A stretch of 27,121 bases of DNA from a virus (lineage: Duplodnaviria; Caudoviricetes). The stretch spans positions 1-27,121 of IMG/VR virus record IMGVR_UViG_3300022074_000310; one strand, 5' to 3'. A model generated the notes under the pieces. That model saw nothing but the letters and a program-made list of their open reading frames with translations, was not told the origin of the DNA and did no database searches. A program made the position numbers and the translations under genes. Shown here piece after piece: positions 15,442-24,985 of the stretch. How positions within the stretch are numbered: position 1 is the first letter of the stretch; each line of letters starts with the position of its first letter.

Positions 15442-15746
15442 TGACAAAGGTTGAAAGAGAAGTAGCTGCCAGAATGAATGACGGCACCGAGATTACAATA
15501 CCTTTGCGTAATCTCATATCGATGATAGCTGCCGCAAGCATTGCTACTTGGGCGTACTTTGGGCTAACTGAGCGTATTAGTTTTTTGGAACATAATCTTG
15601 AACTGACTATGCAGGAGGTTGAAGAGAACGATGATTGGATTGATAACTTTCAGCCGCCAAAAACTGTGCAGGATACAGTGAGAAGGGTGCATGAGTTAGA
15701 ATTAGAAATAGCTAGGCTTAAACTGCTGTTGGAAAATAAACAATGA
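15441..15746 (+). CDS. membrane-anchored coiled-coil protein
   Basis: One TM segment then heptad-rich region; next to holin. Confidence 0.7.
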   Translation: MTKVEREVAARMNDGTEITIPLRNLISMIAAASIATWAYFGLTERISFLEHNLELTMQEVEENDDWIDNFQPPKTVQDTVRRVHELELEIARLKLLLENKQ

Positions 15747-16138
15747 TACAGGCTCTGATTGGCCCAGTCACTGGGATACTAGACAAGTTTATTGAAGACA
15801 AAGACCAAAAGAACAAGTTGGCCCATGAAATCGCCACTATGGCGGAAAAACAGATGCACGAAGCCAACATGGGGCAAATCGAAATCAATAAGGCCGAGGC
15901 TCAGCACAGAAGCATATTTGTGGCAGGCTGGCGTCCTTTTCTTGGCTGGGGTTTGGCGTTTGCCATGATATGGCACTTTGTATTAGCGCCTATGATTATA
16001 TTTGGTTTTGCATACGCTGGCATGGAAGCGCCACGGTTGCCTGCATTTGACATGGACAGCTTAATGACTGTCTTGTTGGGAATGCTTGGTTTAGGCGGTC
16101 TTAGGACTGTAGAAAAAGTTAAGGGCTTGACAAAGTAA
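15743..16138 (+). CDS. holin (3TM, GTA-holin/DUF3154-like)
   Basis: INKAEAQHRSIFVAGWRPFLGW...LLGMLGLGGLRTVEK. Confidence 0.8.
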   Translation: MIQALIGPVTGILDKFIEDKDQKNKLAHEIATMAEKQMHEANMGQIEINKAEAQHRSIFVAGWRPFLGWGLAFAMIWHFVLAPMIIFGFAYAGMEAPRLPAFDMDSLMTVLLGMLGLGGLRTVEKVKGLTK

Positions 16139-16335
16139 TGGATGGACTACAATTAGCTGAGTATCTTTTGAAGGACATACGCCAACATAAGGCTGATTTA
16201 ACGCAGCGTTTGGCGGATGGTTCGATAGGCGGCATGGACGACTATCGGTTCATAGTGGGGCAGATACGCGGAATGACCTACTCTGAAGATTTGATCAAAT
16301 CCGCGATGAAAGGCGTAGAGCTAGAGAATGGCTAA
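16138..16335 (+). CDS. hypothetical protein
   Basis: 65 aa, DDYRFIVGQIRG motif; precedes GroES. Confidence 0.75.
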   Translation: MDGLQLAEYLLKDIRQHKADLTQRLADGSIGGMDDYRFIVGQIRGMTYSEDLIKSAMKGVELENG

Positions 16336-16807
16336 AAAACTATTCGTCCCTGAGAGGATGGCTAAGAAACCTGAAGTCAGCGAAGTACCAGCGGCTATCA
16401 AAAAAGGTTTTAATCAACCCGAAGACTCAAATCAAAAAAACACCGAAGACCCATCACAGATGGATCTTTCTGCTATTGAGCGATTGCCGCAACCTGTTGG
16501 TTATCGCTTGCTTGTTATTCCTTATTACATGAAACAGAAGTCGGCTGGAGGAATCATTATTCCTGATTCAGTTCGTGAGCGTGAGAGCTTTGCAACTGTT
16601 GCCGCTTATGTAGTTAAAGTCGGCCCTGACGCATATATGGATGCTAACAAGTTTCCTTCAGGAGCGTGGTGCCATGAGAAATCATGGGTGTTAATGGGAA
16701 GATACGCAGGTAATAGGTTCAAAGTTGATGGTTTAGAGGTAAGACTTATCAATGACGACAATATTATAGCAACAATACTTGACCCAGCAGATATTTCATA
16801 TGTATAG
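16328..16807 (+). CDS. groES: co-chaperonin GroES/Cpn10-like
   Basis: PVGYRLLV...KSAGGIIIP...VVKVGP...RYAG...RLINDDNIIA. Confidence 0.9.
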   Translation: MAKKLFVPERMAKKPEVSEVPAAIKKGFNQPEDSNQKNTEDPSQMDLSAIERLPQPVGYRLLVIPYYMKQKSAGGIIIPDSVRERESFATVAAYVVKVGPDAYMDANKFPSGAWCHEKSWVLMGRYAGNRFKVDGLEVRLINDDNIIATILDPADISYV

Positions 16808-16823
16808 TGTGGGAGACATGAGC

Positions 16824-17753
16824 ATGAACGAAAATCAAGAAGCAATGGCAGAAGATCAGCAGGAAACTGTGTCTTTTGATTTTGACGATGACAACAATGT
16901 TGCATCGCCTGAAGACCTTTCCGCATCTTCCGAAAAAGAAGAAAACCGAACAATTGTTCGTGATTCTGAAAACAGCGCTGACGAAGATGAGCTAGAAAAC
17001 TATAGTGACAATGTTCAAAAGCGCATTAATCAGTTAACAGCAAAGCGTAAGCAGGCCATCGAGGAAGCCGAGGCTGCTTACGCCTATGCTCAACAGGTGC
17101 AGCAACAGAACGAGGAGATGAAGAAAAAGCTCTCCGATCTGGATAAAGGCTACATCAGTGAGTATGGGTCAAGAATTGAAAGCCAAGGTCAAGCGGCTCA
17201 ACGCATGTTGCAGGAAGCATACGATGCTGGCGACATGGGTAAAGTTGCAGAGGCTCAAAAGGTTATTGCAAAGCTTGCCATCGAAGAGGAGCGGTTACGC
17301 ATTCAGAAGGCTCGCTCTGAGTCGGTTGAAGCAGAGCAACCGCAGCCACAGCAGGTTCAGCAACCGCAACGGCAGCCTGAGTACGATCAAAAGCTTGTAA
17401 ATTGGATGGGAAAAAACCCTTGGTTTGGCAACAACGGCGATATTGTTATGACCCGTGGCGCACAAGCCATCCACGAGCAACTTGTTGCTGGTGAAGGTTT
17501 TGACCCAACAACAGATGAATATTATGCGGAAATTGACAAGCGTATGCGTCAAGAGTTTCCGCACAAGTTTCAGGGGAAGCGGCAAAACGCCCAAGCCGTT
17601 ACTCCTGCGTCCAGCGGACGGTCAGCTACCAAAAGTGGGCGGAAAAAGACGGTGGAATTAACGCCGGGTCAAGTGGCTTTTGCCAAGAAAATGAAAATTC
17701 CTCTGGAACGGTATGCTCAAGAGGTCGCTAAACTGGAAAGGAAGGAAGCGTAA
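16824..17753 (+). CDS. capsid scaffolding protein (putative)
   Basis: Acidic N-terminus, long coiled coil, NPWF motif; position before capsid genes; GGAG RBS. Confidence 0.7.
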   Translation: MNENQEAMAEDQQETVSFDFDDDNNVASPEDLSASSEKEENRTIVRDSENSADEDELENYSDNVQKRINQLTAKRKQAIEEAEAAYAYAQQVQQQNEEMKKKLSDLDKGYISEYGSRIESQGQAAQRMLQEAYDAGDMGKVAEAQKVIAKLAIEEERLRIQKARSESVEAEQPQPQQVQQPQRQPEYDQKLVNWMGKNPWFGNNGDIVMTRGAQAIHEQLVAGEGFDPTTDEYYAEIDKRMRQEFPHKFQGKRQNAQAVTPASSGRSATKSGRKKTVELTPGQVAFAKKMKIPLERYAQEVAKLERKEA

Positions 17754-18217
17754 TGTCTGATCGTGCAAGCCGGGATTCGCAAACCCGTGAAAATCAAGCG
17801 AGAGTAGCAGATTGGCGTCCAGCTTCAACCCTTGAGGCTCCAGAAGCACCTGTTGGTTATAAGCATCGTTGGATTCGTGAGTCAGTCATGGAATATGATG
17901 ACCGCAACAACGTGCATAAGCGCCGCCGTGAAGGTTGGGAACTTGTTAGGGCAGAAGACTACCCTGACTTTGATGCCCCCGTCATTGATGAGGGAAAGAA
18001 CGCTGGCGTGATTGGTGTTGGTGGTCTGGTTCTAGCCAGAATGCCAGAAGAAATCGCGGATCAACGTAACTCTCATTATCAGAATGTTACAAACAATCAA
18101 ATGGAAGCTGTGGATAGAGACTGGATGAGAGAATCAAACGCCTCTATGCCAAAGCTTAAACCGCAACGTAGCTCCTCTGTGTCCTTTGGTGGACCCAAAG
18201 GGGTAGCTGACAATTAG
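17753..18217 (+). CDS. conserved head-region protein
   Basis: APxGYKHRWIR...EGWELV...VGGLVLARMP. Confidence 0.8.
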   Translation: MSDRASRDSQTRENQARVADWRPASTLEAPEAPVGYKHRWIRESVMEYDDRNNVHKRRREGWELVRAEDYPDFDAPVIDEGKNAGVIGVGGLVLARMPEEIADQRNSHYQNVTNNQMEAVDRDWMRESNASMPKLKPQRSSSVSFGGPKGVADN

Positions 18218-18228
18218 GAGAATAAGAG

Positions 18229-18813
18229 ATGGCGAATAAAGACGCATCTTTTGGCTTGCGCCTTCATAGCGCAGGCGGCGGCTCCGCTCTTGCTCATATG
18301 CAAAACAAGTATCGTATTGCTTCTAGCTATTCGACTGCAATTTTCCAAGGTGATCTTGTAGAAGTTCTCACCGCTGGTACAATTGGTCGTAAAGCTGCTG
18401 GCGAAACAGATCCAGTTTTGGGTGTGTTCAACGGGTGCCGTTATACTGACCCTACCACTGGTAAGGAAACTTTCTCAAACCACTACCCGGGTTCGATTGC
18501 CGCTTCAGACATTGAAGCGTTTGTTATTGACGCCCCGCATGCCAAGTTTGAGATACAGGCCGATGACACATTCCCCGTCGCCGACCTATTCGGAAACTTT
18601 GACATTGTAGACACAAATTCAGGTAACAGTGATTCAGGAATTTCTGGAACTGAGCTTGATGTCACAACTGGCGCGACTACCGCTGGCTTACCTCTCAAGG
18701 CCATGGACATTTCCACTGACCCTGAGAACAGCGATGTAGCTTCTGCCAACACCAATGTCATTGTCATCATCAACAATCACCTGTACTCAGGTGGTACTGC
18801 TGGCTTGGCATAA
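18229..18813 (+). CDS. putative capsid decoration/minor head protein
   Basis: MANKDASFGLR...IFQGDLV...GVFNGC; directly upstream of MCP; AGGAG RBS. Confidence 0.7.
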   Translation: MANKDASFGLRLHSAGGGSALAHMQNKYRIASSYSTAIFQGDLVEVLTAGTIGRKAAGETDPVLGVFNGCRYTDPTTGKETFSNHYPGSIAASDIEAFVIDAPHAKFEIQADDTFPVADLFGNFDIVDTNSGNSDSGISGTELDVTTGATTAGLPLKAMDISTDPENSDVASANTNVIVIINNHLYSGGTAGLA

Positions 18814-18825
18814 GGAGGCTGAATA

Positions 18826-19734
18826 ATGGCTATTTCTCGCGCACAACTAGCGAAAGAGCTAGAACCCGGCCTCAACGCCCTGTTTGGTATGGAGTATGAC
18901 CGTTACGATGCGGAGCATGCAGAGATCTACGAAACAGAATCTTCAGATCGTGCATTTGAAGAAGAGGTAATGTTGGTCGGTTTTGGTAACGCCCAAACTA
19001 AAGCAGAGGGCGCTGCTGTTAACTTTGACAACGCTTCAGAAGCTTACACAGCACGTTATTCGCATGAGACAATCACTCTTGCGTTTGCGTTGACTGAGGA
19101 AGCAATGGAAGACAACCTGTATGATCGTCTGGGCGCACGGTACACCCGCGCACTCGCACGTTCAATGGCACACACCAAGCAGGTAAAAGCTGCTGCAACT
19201 CTGAACAACGCCTTTAACAGCTCGTTTGCTGGTGGCGATGGTAAAGAGCTTTGTGCAGCTGATCACCCACTTGCTGGTGGCGGTACTTTCCGCAATGAGC
19301 CATCAACTGCTGCTGACCTTAACGAAACATCGCTTGAGAATGCCTTGATTGACATCTCAACATTCGTTGATGAGCGGAACTTGATCATTGCCCTGCGTGG
19401 CATGAAGTTGATCATTCCACCACAGCTTCAGTTTGTTGCTGATCGTCTGCTTGAGTCCACACTCCGCGTTGGCACAGCCGACAACGATGTGAACGCAATT
19501 CGCAACATGGGCATGCTGCCAGAGGGTTACACTGTTAACCACTTCCTGACAGACCCAGATGCGTTCTTCATCAAGACAGACGCTCCAAATGGCTTCAAGC
19601 ACTTTGAGCGTGCGCCTTTGGCGACCAACATGGAAGCTGACTTTGATTCAGGCAACATGCGCTTTAAGGCTCGTGAGCGTTACAGCTTCGGCTATAGCGA
19701 CCCACGCGCTGTGTTCGGTTCACCGGGCGCATAA
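18826..19734 (+). CDS. major capsid protein
   Basis: MAISRAQLAKELEPGLNALFG...ITEEA-like motif...KARERYSFGYSDPR; AAGGAGG RBS; terminator follows. Confidence 0.9.
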   Translation: MAISRAQLAKELEPGLNALFGMEYDRYDAEHAEIYETESSDRAFEEEVMLVGFGNAQTKAEGAAVNFDNASEAYTARYSHETITLAFALTEEAMEDNLYDRLGARYTRALARSMAHTKQVKAAATLNNAFNSSFAGGDGKELCAADHPLAGGGTFRNEPSTAADLNETSLENALIDISTFVDERNLIIALRGMKLIIPPQLQFVADRLLESTLRVGTADNDVNAIRNMGMLPEGYTVNHFLTDPDAFFIKTDAPNGFKHFERAPLATNMEADFDSGNMRFKARERYSFGYSDPRAVFGSPGA

Positions 19735-19750
19735 AGCGAATAATTGTACT

Positions 19751-19779
19751 AAAGGGCGGCTTTCATGCCGCCCTTTTTT
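19751..19779 (+). terminator. Rho-independent terminator after MCP
   Basis: AAAGGGCGGC/GCCGCCCTTT stem, T tail. Confidence 0.85.
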
Positions 19780-19798
19780 GTTGTATAGTGTTTTTATC

Positions 19799-19841
19799 CC
19801 TGACAGTCGCATGGTGCGGCTGACACTAGCCACGACAGGAG
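19799..19841 (+). promoter_or_regulatory. candidate structured 5' leader covering the RBS
   Basis: CCTG...CAGG outer pairing, CAGTCGCA/TGCGGCTG hairpin, AGGAG in the 3' arm. Confidence 0.4.
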
Positions 19842-19847
19842 ATCTAA

Positions 19848-20057
19848 ATGGCTCGTTCAACTTTCTCAGGTCCCGTCAAGTCTGACGCGGCTTTTATCTA
19901 CCCCGTTGTAGCAACTGCTGATTTACCAACCGCTGCTGCCGCTAACGAGGGTACAGTTTACATTGTTAATGACAACGGCGCTGGCGATAACGAGTATTGC
20001 TTAGTTATCAGCACAGGCTCTGCTTGGGTTACCGCTGTAGGCGCTGCACTATCTTAA
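19848..20057 (+). CDS. small virion-associated hypothetical protein
   Basis: MARSTFSGPVKS; AGGAG RBS. Confidence 0.75.
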   Translation: MARSTFSGPVKSDAAFIYPVVATADLPTAAAANEGTVYIVNDNGAGDNEYCLVISTGSAWVTAVGAALS

Positions 20058-20069
20058 TAGGAGGCTAAC

Positions 20070-20351
20070 ATGGCAGGTCCAGTAAAAGCCTTTAATCATG
20101 CTCAAGGAGCCAGTGCGGCGGTTGTAGGCCCCGCTCGTTCTCGCATACGTCAGGTTATTATATATGCCGCAGCAGCAGGTGCGTTTACCATAAAAAATGG
20201 TAGCGCCTCTGGTGAAACATTGCTTCAGCAAAGTTTTGGCGCTGGATTGCATCATTTGAACATTCCTGATGATGGAATTCTTGCTACAGATGGCGCGTAT
20301 ATTTCTGCGTTCACTGGCTCAAGCAATATATTAACTATATTTCTGTCATAA
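20070..20351 (+). CDS. hypothetical beta-rich structural protein
   Basis: AGGAGG RBS; GxxR...IPDDGIL motif; paralogous to next gene. Confidence 0.75.
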   Translation: MAGPVKAFNHAQGASAAVVGPARSRIRQVIIYAAAAGAFTIKNGSASGETLLQQSFGAGLHHLNIPDDGILATDGAYISAFTGSSNILTIFLS

Positions 20352-20352
20352 A

Positions 20353-20640
20353 ATGGCTGGTAACGAGGTAAAATCAAAGCATATCCACGCTTCTGCAAGC
20401 CTCTTGTCAGGTCGAGGCCGGTTGATGGGTTTAGTCGTTACTCATAAAACTGGTGCGTCTGGAAATATAATTATATATGATAACAATGCCGCAAGTGGCA
20501 ATGTTTTAATAGAAGTTGATGAAAGTGTTGCTGGTACGTTTGATGTAGTTTTTCCCGGTGACGGAATCTTATATGAAACAGGAGTTCATGCGGCTCTGCC
20601 AGCAAACACTTCATTAACTATTTTTTATCAGCAAGGTTAA
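20353..20640 (+). CDS. hypothetical beta-rich structural protein
   Basis: GRGRL...FPGDGILY...LTIFY. Confidence 0.75.
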   Translation: MAGNEVKSKHIHASASLLSGRGRLMGLVVTHKTGASGNIIIYDNNAASGNVLIEVDESVAGTFDVVFPGDGILYETGVHAALPANTSLTIFYQQG

Positions 20641-20642
20641 TC

Positions 20643-20936
20643 ATGGCTCGTAAAAAAGAAAAGCCGATACGAAAAACCACTGGTAAAGGTGGTAATTATC
20701 GCAAAACCAAGTCAGGCGCTGGAATGACAGCCAAGGGAGTTGCCGCATATCGCCGCAAGAACCCCGGAAGCAAGCTTAAAACTGCTGTTACAGGAAAAGT
20801 AAAAAAGGGCAGCAAAGATGCAAAGCGCCGTAAGTCATTTTGCGCTCGCTCAGCAGGTCAAATGAAAAAGTTTCCAAAGGCAGCAAAAGATCCAAATAGC
20901 CGTCTAAGGCAGGCCAGACGGAGGTGGAAATGCTAA
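20643..20936 (+). CDS. highly basic protein (RKSFCAR motif)
   Basis: GAGMTAKG...NPGSKLK...RRKSFCARS...RRWKC. Confidence 0.8.
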   Translation: MARKKEKPIRKTTGKGGNYRKTKSGAGMTAKGVAAYRRKNPGSKLKTAVTGKVKKGSKDAKRRKSFCARSAGQMKKFPKAAKDPNSRLRQARRRWKC

Positions 20937-21139
20937 ATATATTTGTCACAGCTATACTGGGTTTTGTAGCGTGGATTTCAATGTCAATTGTCGATCTAAA
21001 AACAGACACAGCTATAATAAATCAAAAGGTCAGTGAGAACCACAAGATGCTAAGTGTTTTGTGGGATGATTTCTTGGAGAAAAAACATGGCGATCTCGCG
21101 TGGTCAGATAAGCCGTCAAGTTTCAAAATCAAGGAGTAG
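20930..21139 (+). CDS. membrane-anchored small protein
   Basis: GGAGG RBS, N-terminal TM segment. Confidence 0.65.
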   Translation: MLNIFVTAILGFVAWISMSIVDLKTDTAIINQKVSENHKMLSVLWDDFLEKKHGDLAWSDKPSSFKIKE

Positions 21140-21314
21140 TAAAGTGCCAAAAGACGCATGTTATAAAAAAGTTAAAGCTCGTTACAGGGTTTTTCCAAGC
21201 GCCTACGCATCAGGTGCTATTGCTAAATGTCGTAAAGTGGGAGCCAAAAACTGGGGAACAAAATCAAAAAGCAAGAAAGGAGGCAGCAAGGGCAGGGCTA
21301 CTAAAAAGCGGTAA
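21087..21314 (+). CDS. highly basic protein (DACYxKVK...PSAYASG motif)
   Basis: GGAG before ATG 21087; TAATG coupling to next gene. Confidence 0.7.
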   Translation: MAISRGQISRQVSKSRSSKVPKDACYKKVKARYRVFPSAYASGAIAKCRKVGAKNWGTKSKSKKGGSKGRATKKR

Positions 21315-21793
21315 TGGTAGTAGCTGAAGTTCTTACGGGGATAGCTCTTGTTCAAAAATCTGTTGAATTTATAAAAAATAATATAAATACAGCAAAAGAT
21401 ATAGGATCTATAGCAGGACAAATTGATGACCTTTTTCGCGGCGAAAAGGAAGTTCAACAAGCAAGAAACAAAAAGGCTGGGGGCGGCTTAGGTAATCAGT
21501 TTGGTGTAGACACTGTTGCTAAAGAAGTTATTGACGCCAAAATTGCGGCAGAAAAACTGCAAGAAGTAGCCACAATGGTTGACATGAGATTTGGTCATGG
21601 AACTTGGGCTGGCATTCTTGCAGAAAGAGCCAAAAGAATACAAGCGGCGAAAGAGGCAGAAGCCGAAGCAAGGCGGCAAAAAATAAAAGAGGCCAAAGAA
21701 TTTGAAGAAATGATGAAGCAAATTCTGCTAGTTGGCGCAGTTGTTCTGATGGCATTTGGAAGCTTTGTTTTATTGTTCACTGTGGTTATGTAA
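21314..21793 (+). CDS. hypothetical protein with C-terminal TM segment
   Basis: 159 aa, coiled coil plus hydrophobic tail. Confidence 0.75.
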   Translation: MVVAEVLTGIALVQKSVEFIKNNINTAKDIGSIAGQIDDLFRGEKEVQQARNKKAGGGLGNQFGVDTVAKEVIDAKIAAEKLQEVATMVDMRFGHGTWAGILAERAKRIQAAKEAEAEARRQKIKEAKEFEEMMKQILLVGAVVLMAFGSFVLLFTVVM

Positions 21794-21805
21794 GTTGGAA
21801 AGCGC

Positions 21806-22081
21806 ATGGCAGTACGAAAAACTAAAAAGGGCGCAGCTCTCAAGCGTTGGTTCAAAGAGGACTGGAAAGATGTCCGCACGGGGAAAGCGTGTGGGCGTCG
21901 CAAGGGTGAAAAACGGGGTACTCCATATTGTCGCCCCAGCAAGCGTGTGTCTTCTAAGACCCCTAAAACTGCCGGAGAGATGACAGCGGCAGAAAAGCGT
22001 AGTAGAATATCGCAAAAGAAGCGTATTGGTCAGCCAGCGGGCAAGCCAAGGCGCGTTAAGTCGCTAAGAAGGAAAAAATAA
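21806..22081 (+). CDS. highly basic protein (LKRWFKEDW...PYCRP motif)
   Basis: Recognisable small phage protein motif. Confidence 0.8.
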   Translation: MAVRKTKKGAALKRWFKEDWKDVRTGKACGRRKGEKRGTPYCRPSKRVSSKTPKTAGEMTAAEKRSRISQKKRIGQPAGKPRRVKSLRRKK

Positions 22082-22750
22082 ATGGCTGTTTCAGGCTCTT
22101 TTAACTTTGAACTTGATGTATCTGATTACATTGAAGAAGCATTTGAGCGTTGCGGCTTAGAGGTTAGAACTGGTTATGACTTAAAGACAGCTAGGCGCTC
22201 ATTGAATTTAATGTTTGCTGATTGGGCAAACCGTGGGTTAAATCAGTGGACTATTGAACAGCGCACCTTAACAGTCACTCAAGGCACATCTAGTTACAAT
22301 TTGGGAACTGATGTGATTGATGTTCTTTCTGCTGTTATCCGTAGAAGCAACACTGATTACACATTAGATAGAATAAGCCGTGATCAGCACATATCTATTC
22401 CGTCAAAAACAACGCAATCTCGCTCAACTCAATATTTTATTGATCGCCAGATCAATCCAACAATGAAGCTTTGGCCTGTGCCAGAGAACAGCACAGATGT
22501 GATTGTCTACGATGTTTTGACGCGGATGGATGATGCTGACGATTATGTGAACACTGTTGATTTGCCGTTCAGGTTTTACCCCTGTTTAGCGGCTGGGCTG
22601 GCTTATTACATTGCGATAAAAAAAGCTCCTGATAGAATACAAATGTTAAAAGCTATATACGATGAAGAGTTTGATCGCGCTCAAGCTGAAGACAGAGACA
22701 GAGCATCATTCAATGTTACACCTAATTTGCAATTTTACAGGGTTGTGTGA
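22082..22750 (+). CDS. head-tail adaptor / tail tubular protein (putative)
   Basis: IEEAFERCG...ARRSLNLM...WANRGLNxW...LWPVP...GLAYY. Confidence 0.7.
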   Translation: MAVSGSFNFELDVSDYIEEAFERCGLEVRTGYDLKTARRSLNLMFADWANRGLNQWTIEQRTLTVTQGTSSYNLGTDVIDVLSAVIRRSNTDYTLDRISRDQHISIPSKTTQSRSTQYFIDRQINPTMKLWPVPENSTDVIVYDVLTRMDDADDYVNTVDLPFRFYPCLAAGLAYYIAIKKAPDRIQMLKAIYDEEFDRAQAEDRDRASFNVTPNLQFYRVV

Positions 22751-23256
22751 TGGCTAGGTTTGCCGCTGGTAAAGATGCTTATGGCATATCTGACCGCTCT
22801 GGATTTCGTTACAGGCTTCGTGATATGCGAAAAGAGTGGAATGGGTTGTTAGTGGGTTATGACGAATGGGAGGCAAAACACCCGCAATTAGAGCCTATTA
22901 GACACTCTCCTGATGCAGAATCTTTGCGCGATCCAAGGCCAGACACTCGGGACGCTCCAGAGGTTGAGCATTTGCTGCCATTAAATGCGTTTCTTACTGG
23001 CGCGTTAGGCAGTTCTGTAATAACTGTAAACGAACCGTCTCATGGGCGCTCTACAAGTGATATAGTAAGATTCAGAAATGTCACACCTTTTGACGGATTT
23101 CTTTCGTCTGTAATCCAGGCCGCTGCGGGTTACTCCATAACAGTTTTGGATGAAAACAGATACACTTTTACCGCTAATTCTGGCGCAGCATCAGAAGGCA
23201 ATAAACGAGGTGGCGGAGGTTTGGCGACATCCGGGCCTGTTACATTGGTGGCTTAA
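22750..23256 (+). CDS. virion-region protein
   Basis: GISDRSGFRY...EWNG...KHPQL...PRPD, followed by a beta module. Confidence 0.75.
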   Translation: MARFAAGKDAYGISDRSGFRYRLRDMRKEWNGLLVGYDEWEAKHPQLEPIRHSPDAESLRDPRPDTRDAPEVEHLLPLNAFLTGALGSSVITVNEPSHGRSTSDIVRFRNVTPFDGFLSSVIQAAAGYSITVLDENRYTFTANSGAASEGNKRGGGGLATSGPVTLVA

Positions 23257-23904
23257 ATGAGTTTTACATACGGCGAACTAAAAACAGCTATTCAAGATTT
23301 TACAGAAAACACGGAAACATCTTTCGTGAACAACTTGCCTGTGTTTATCCGTAGCTGTGAAGATAGAATATTTACGCTTGTTGATTTAGAGCTATTTCGC
23401 AAAAATGCTGTGTCAACGCTTACGGTGGGAGACCCATATCTAAACGTGCCGCTTGATTACTTAGCTCCTTTTTCACTGCAAATAACAACTACAAATTATA
23501 AAGAGTTCTTGTTATTTAAGGACGTGAATTATCTGCAAGAGTATTATAACACTGTGGGAAGTAACGAGACGCCAAAGTATTATGGTGTATTTGATGTGGA
23601 CAACTTTATTTTAGCTCCCACACCAAACTTAGCCTATGATGTTGAATTACATTATTATTACCGTCCTGCAAGCATCACTGCTGGCCTTGATACCGAGAAA
23701 AGCTGGCTTAGTGATAACGCGCCAAACGTGTTACTTTACGGTTCTCTGGTAGAAGCGTATACTTACATGAAAGGCGAAGCGGATATGATGCAGCTTTATG
23801 AGCAGCGGTTCGCGCAGGAAATACAACGGTTGAAGGATTTGGCTGAAGCTAGAGAGAATAGCGATGCCTACAGGAGAGGTCTACCTGATAGGCCACGCAC
23901 TTAA
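23257..23904 (+). CDS. head-tail connector / tail protein (putative)
   Basis: TYxELKTAIQD...APTP...ELHYYYRP...LLYGSLVEAY. Confidence 0.7.
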   Translation: MSFTYGELKTAIQDFTENTETSFVNNLPVFIRSCEDRIFTLVDLELFRKNAVSTLTVGDPYLNVPLDYLAPFSLQITTTNYKEFLLFKDVNYLQEYYNTVGSNETPKYYGVFDVDNFILAPTPNLAYDVELHYYYRPASITAGLDTEKSWLSDNAPNVLLYGSLVEAYTYMKGEADMMQLYEQRFAQEIQRLKDLAEARENSDAYRRGLPDRPRT

Positions 23905-23920
23905 CTAGGAGTAAAGAACG

Positions 23921-24985
23921 ATGGCAACATCAAACGCAGCAACCACCTACCTAGAAAGAAGGGTTCTGGATTACATATTCAAGAACGACTCTCTTTCTTT
24001 TGCTTCGCCCGGCAACAGCATTTACGTTGGGCTGGCAACAGCAGTTAGCGCCGCTGAAAAAGGCAACTTGACCGAAGTTCAGGTTGACACAGACGATGCC
24101 AACTACACTCGTAAACAAGTAACAGCCGCTAACTGGAAGCAGTCAACCACCACTCTTGGGGTGAACTTAGCGCAGGCAGCTACAGAAATTCATCTGGTAG
24201 ATGCGGAAGCATTTCCTACATCTGGCACAATTCAGATTGATGATGAGTTGATCTCATACACAGGCAAGGGCAGCACCGCCACTGCTGATGTAAACGGCGC
24301 ACTATCATCATCCACTGCATTGGTTGTTGATGGTAACTCTGGAACAATCGCAGTTGGCATGGTTGTGACAGGCACAGGCATTAGTGGCACAGTTCGTGTG
24401 GCGACAGTTACAAACCAAAACACCCTTGTGCTGGACACTGCAATTACTGTGGCTAATGATGTGGCGCTTAACTTTGATGGCACAAACACCCTGACAGGTG
24501 GTGGTCGCGGTAACTCAAGCACAACTGACTATGCCCATACAGCAGGCGACACTGTTATCTCTGACGCACAGCGCGTGATTAACGATAACAACATCGAGTT
24601 TCCTGCCGCAGCGGGAACTGCCGCCAGCTATACAGTAACGCATGCCTTTGTCGCAGACGCAGACATTGCCACAGCAAATGTGAACGGTGCAACGTCATCC
24701 TCAACGGCTGTTACTCTGGACGGCAACGTAGGTACAGTCGCTGTTGGCGACATCGTTACAGGTGCAGGCATCACTGGTGCAACGAGCGGCGTGGTTCGTG
24801 TAGCAACAGTCACAAGCCAGACTAGCATTGCGTTGGATACCGCAGTGTCGCTTACGGACGATGCTGTACTGACCTTCGATGGCTCTAACCTTTTGTTCGT
24901 TGGCGCACTTGACGCAAGTAAGTCTGTGGCGGCTGGCGATATCTTCCGTATCAACGCGGGTAATCTAAGCATTGAGTTGAAGTAA
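23921..24985 (+). CDS. tail/fibre structural protein with inserted repeats
   Basis: Thr/Ala/Gly-rich; YLE...YVGL...YxR...IEF...THA...GAL...GDIF core interrupted by modules. Confidence 0.75.
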   Translation: MATSNAATTYLERRVLDYIFKNDSLSFASPGNSIYVGLATAVSAAEKGNLTEVQVDTDDANYTRKQVTAANWKQSTTTLGVNLAQAATEIHLVDAEAFPTSGTIQIDDELISYTGKGSTATADVNGALSSSTALVVDGNSGTIAVGMVVTGTGISGTVRVATVTNQNTLVLDTAITVANDVALNFDGTNTLTGGGRGNSSTTDYAHTAGDTVISDAQRVINDNNIEFPAAAGTAASYTVTHAFVADADIATANVNGATSSSTAVTLDGNVGTVAVGDIVTGAGITGATSGVVRVATVTSQTSIALDTAVSLTDDAVLTFDGSNLLFVGALDASKSVAAGDIFRINAGNLSIELK

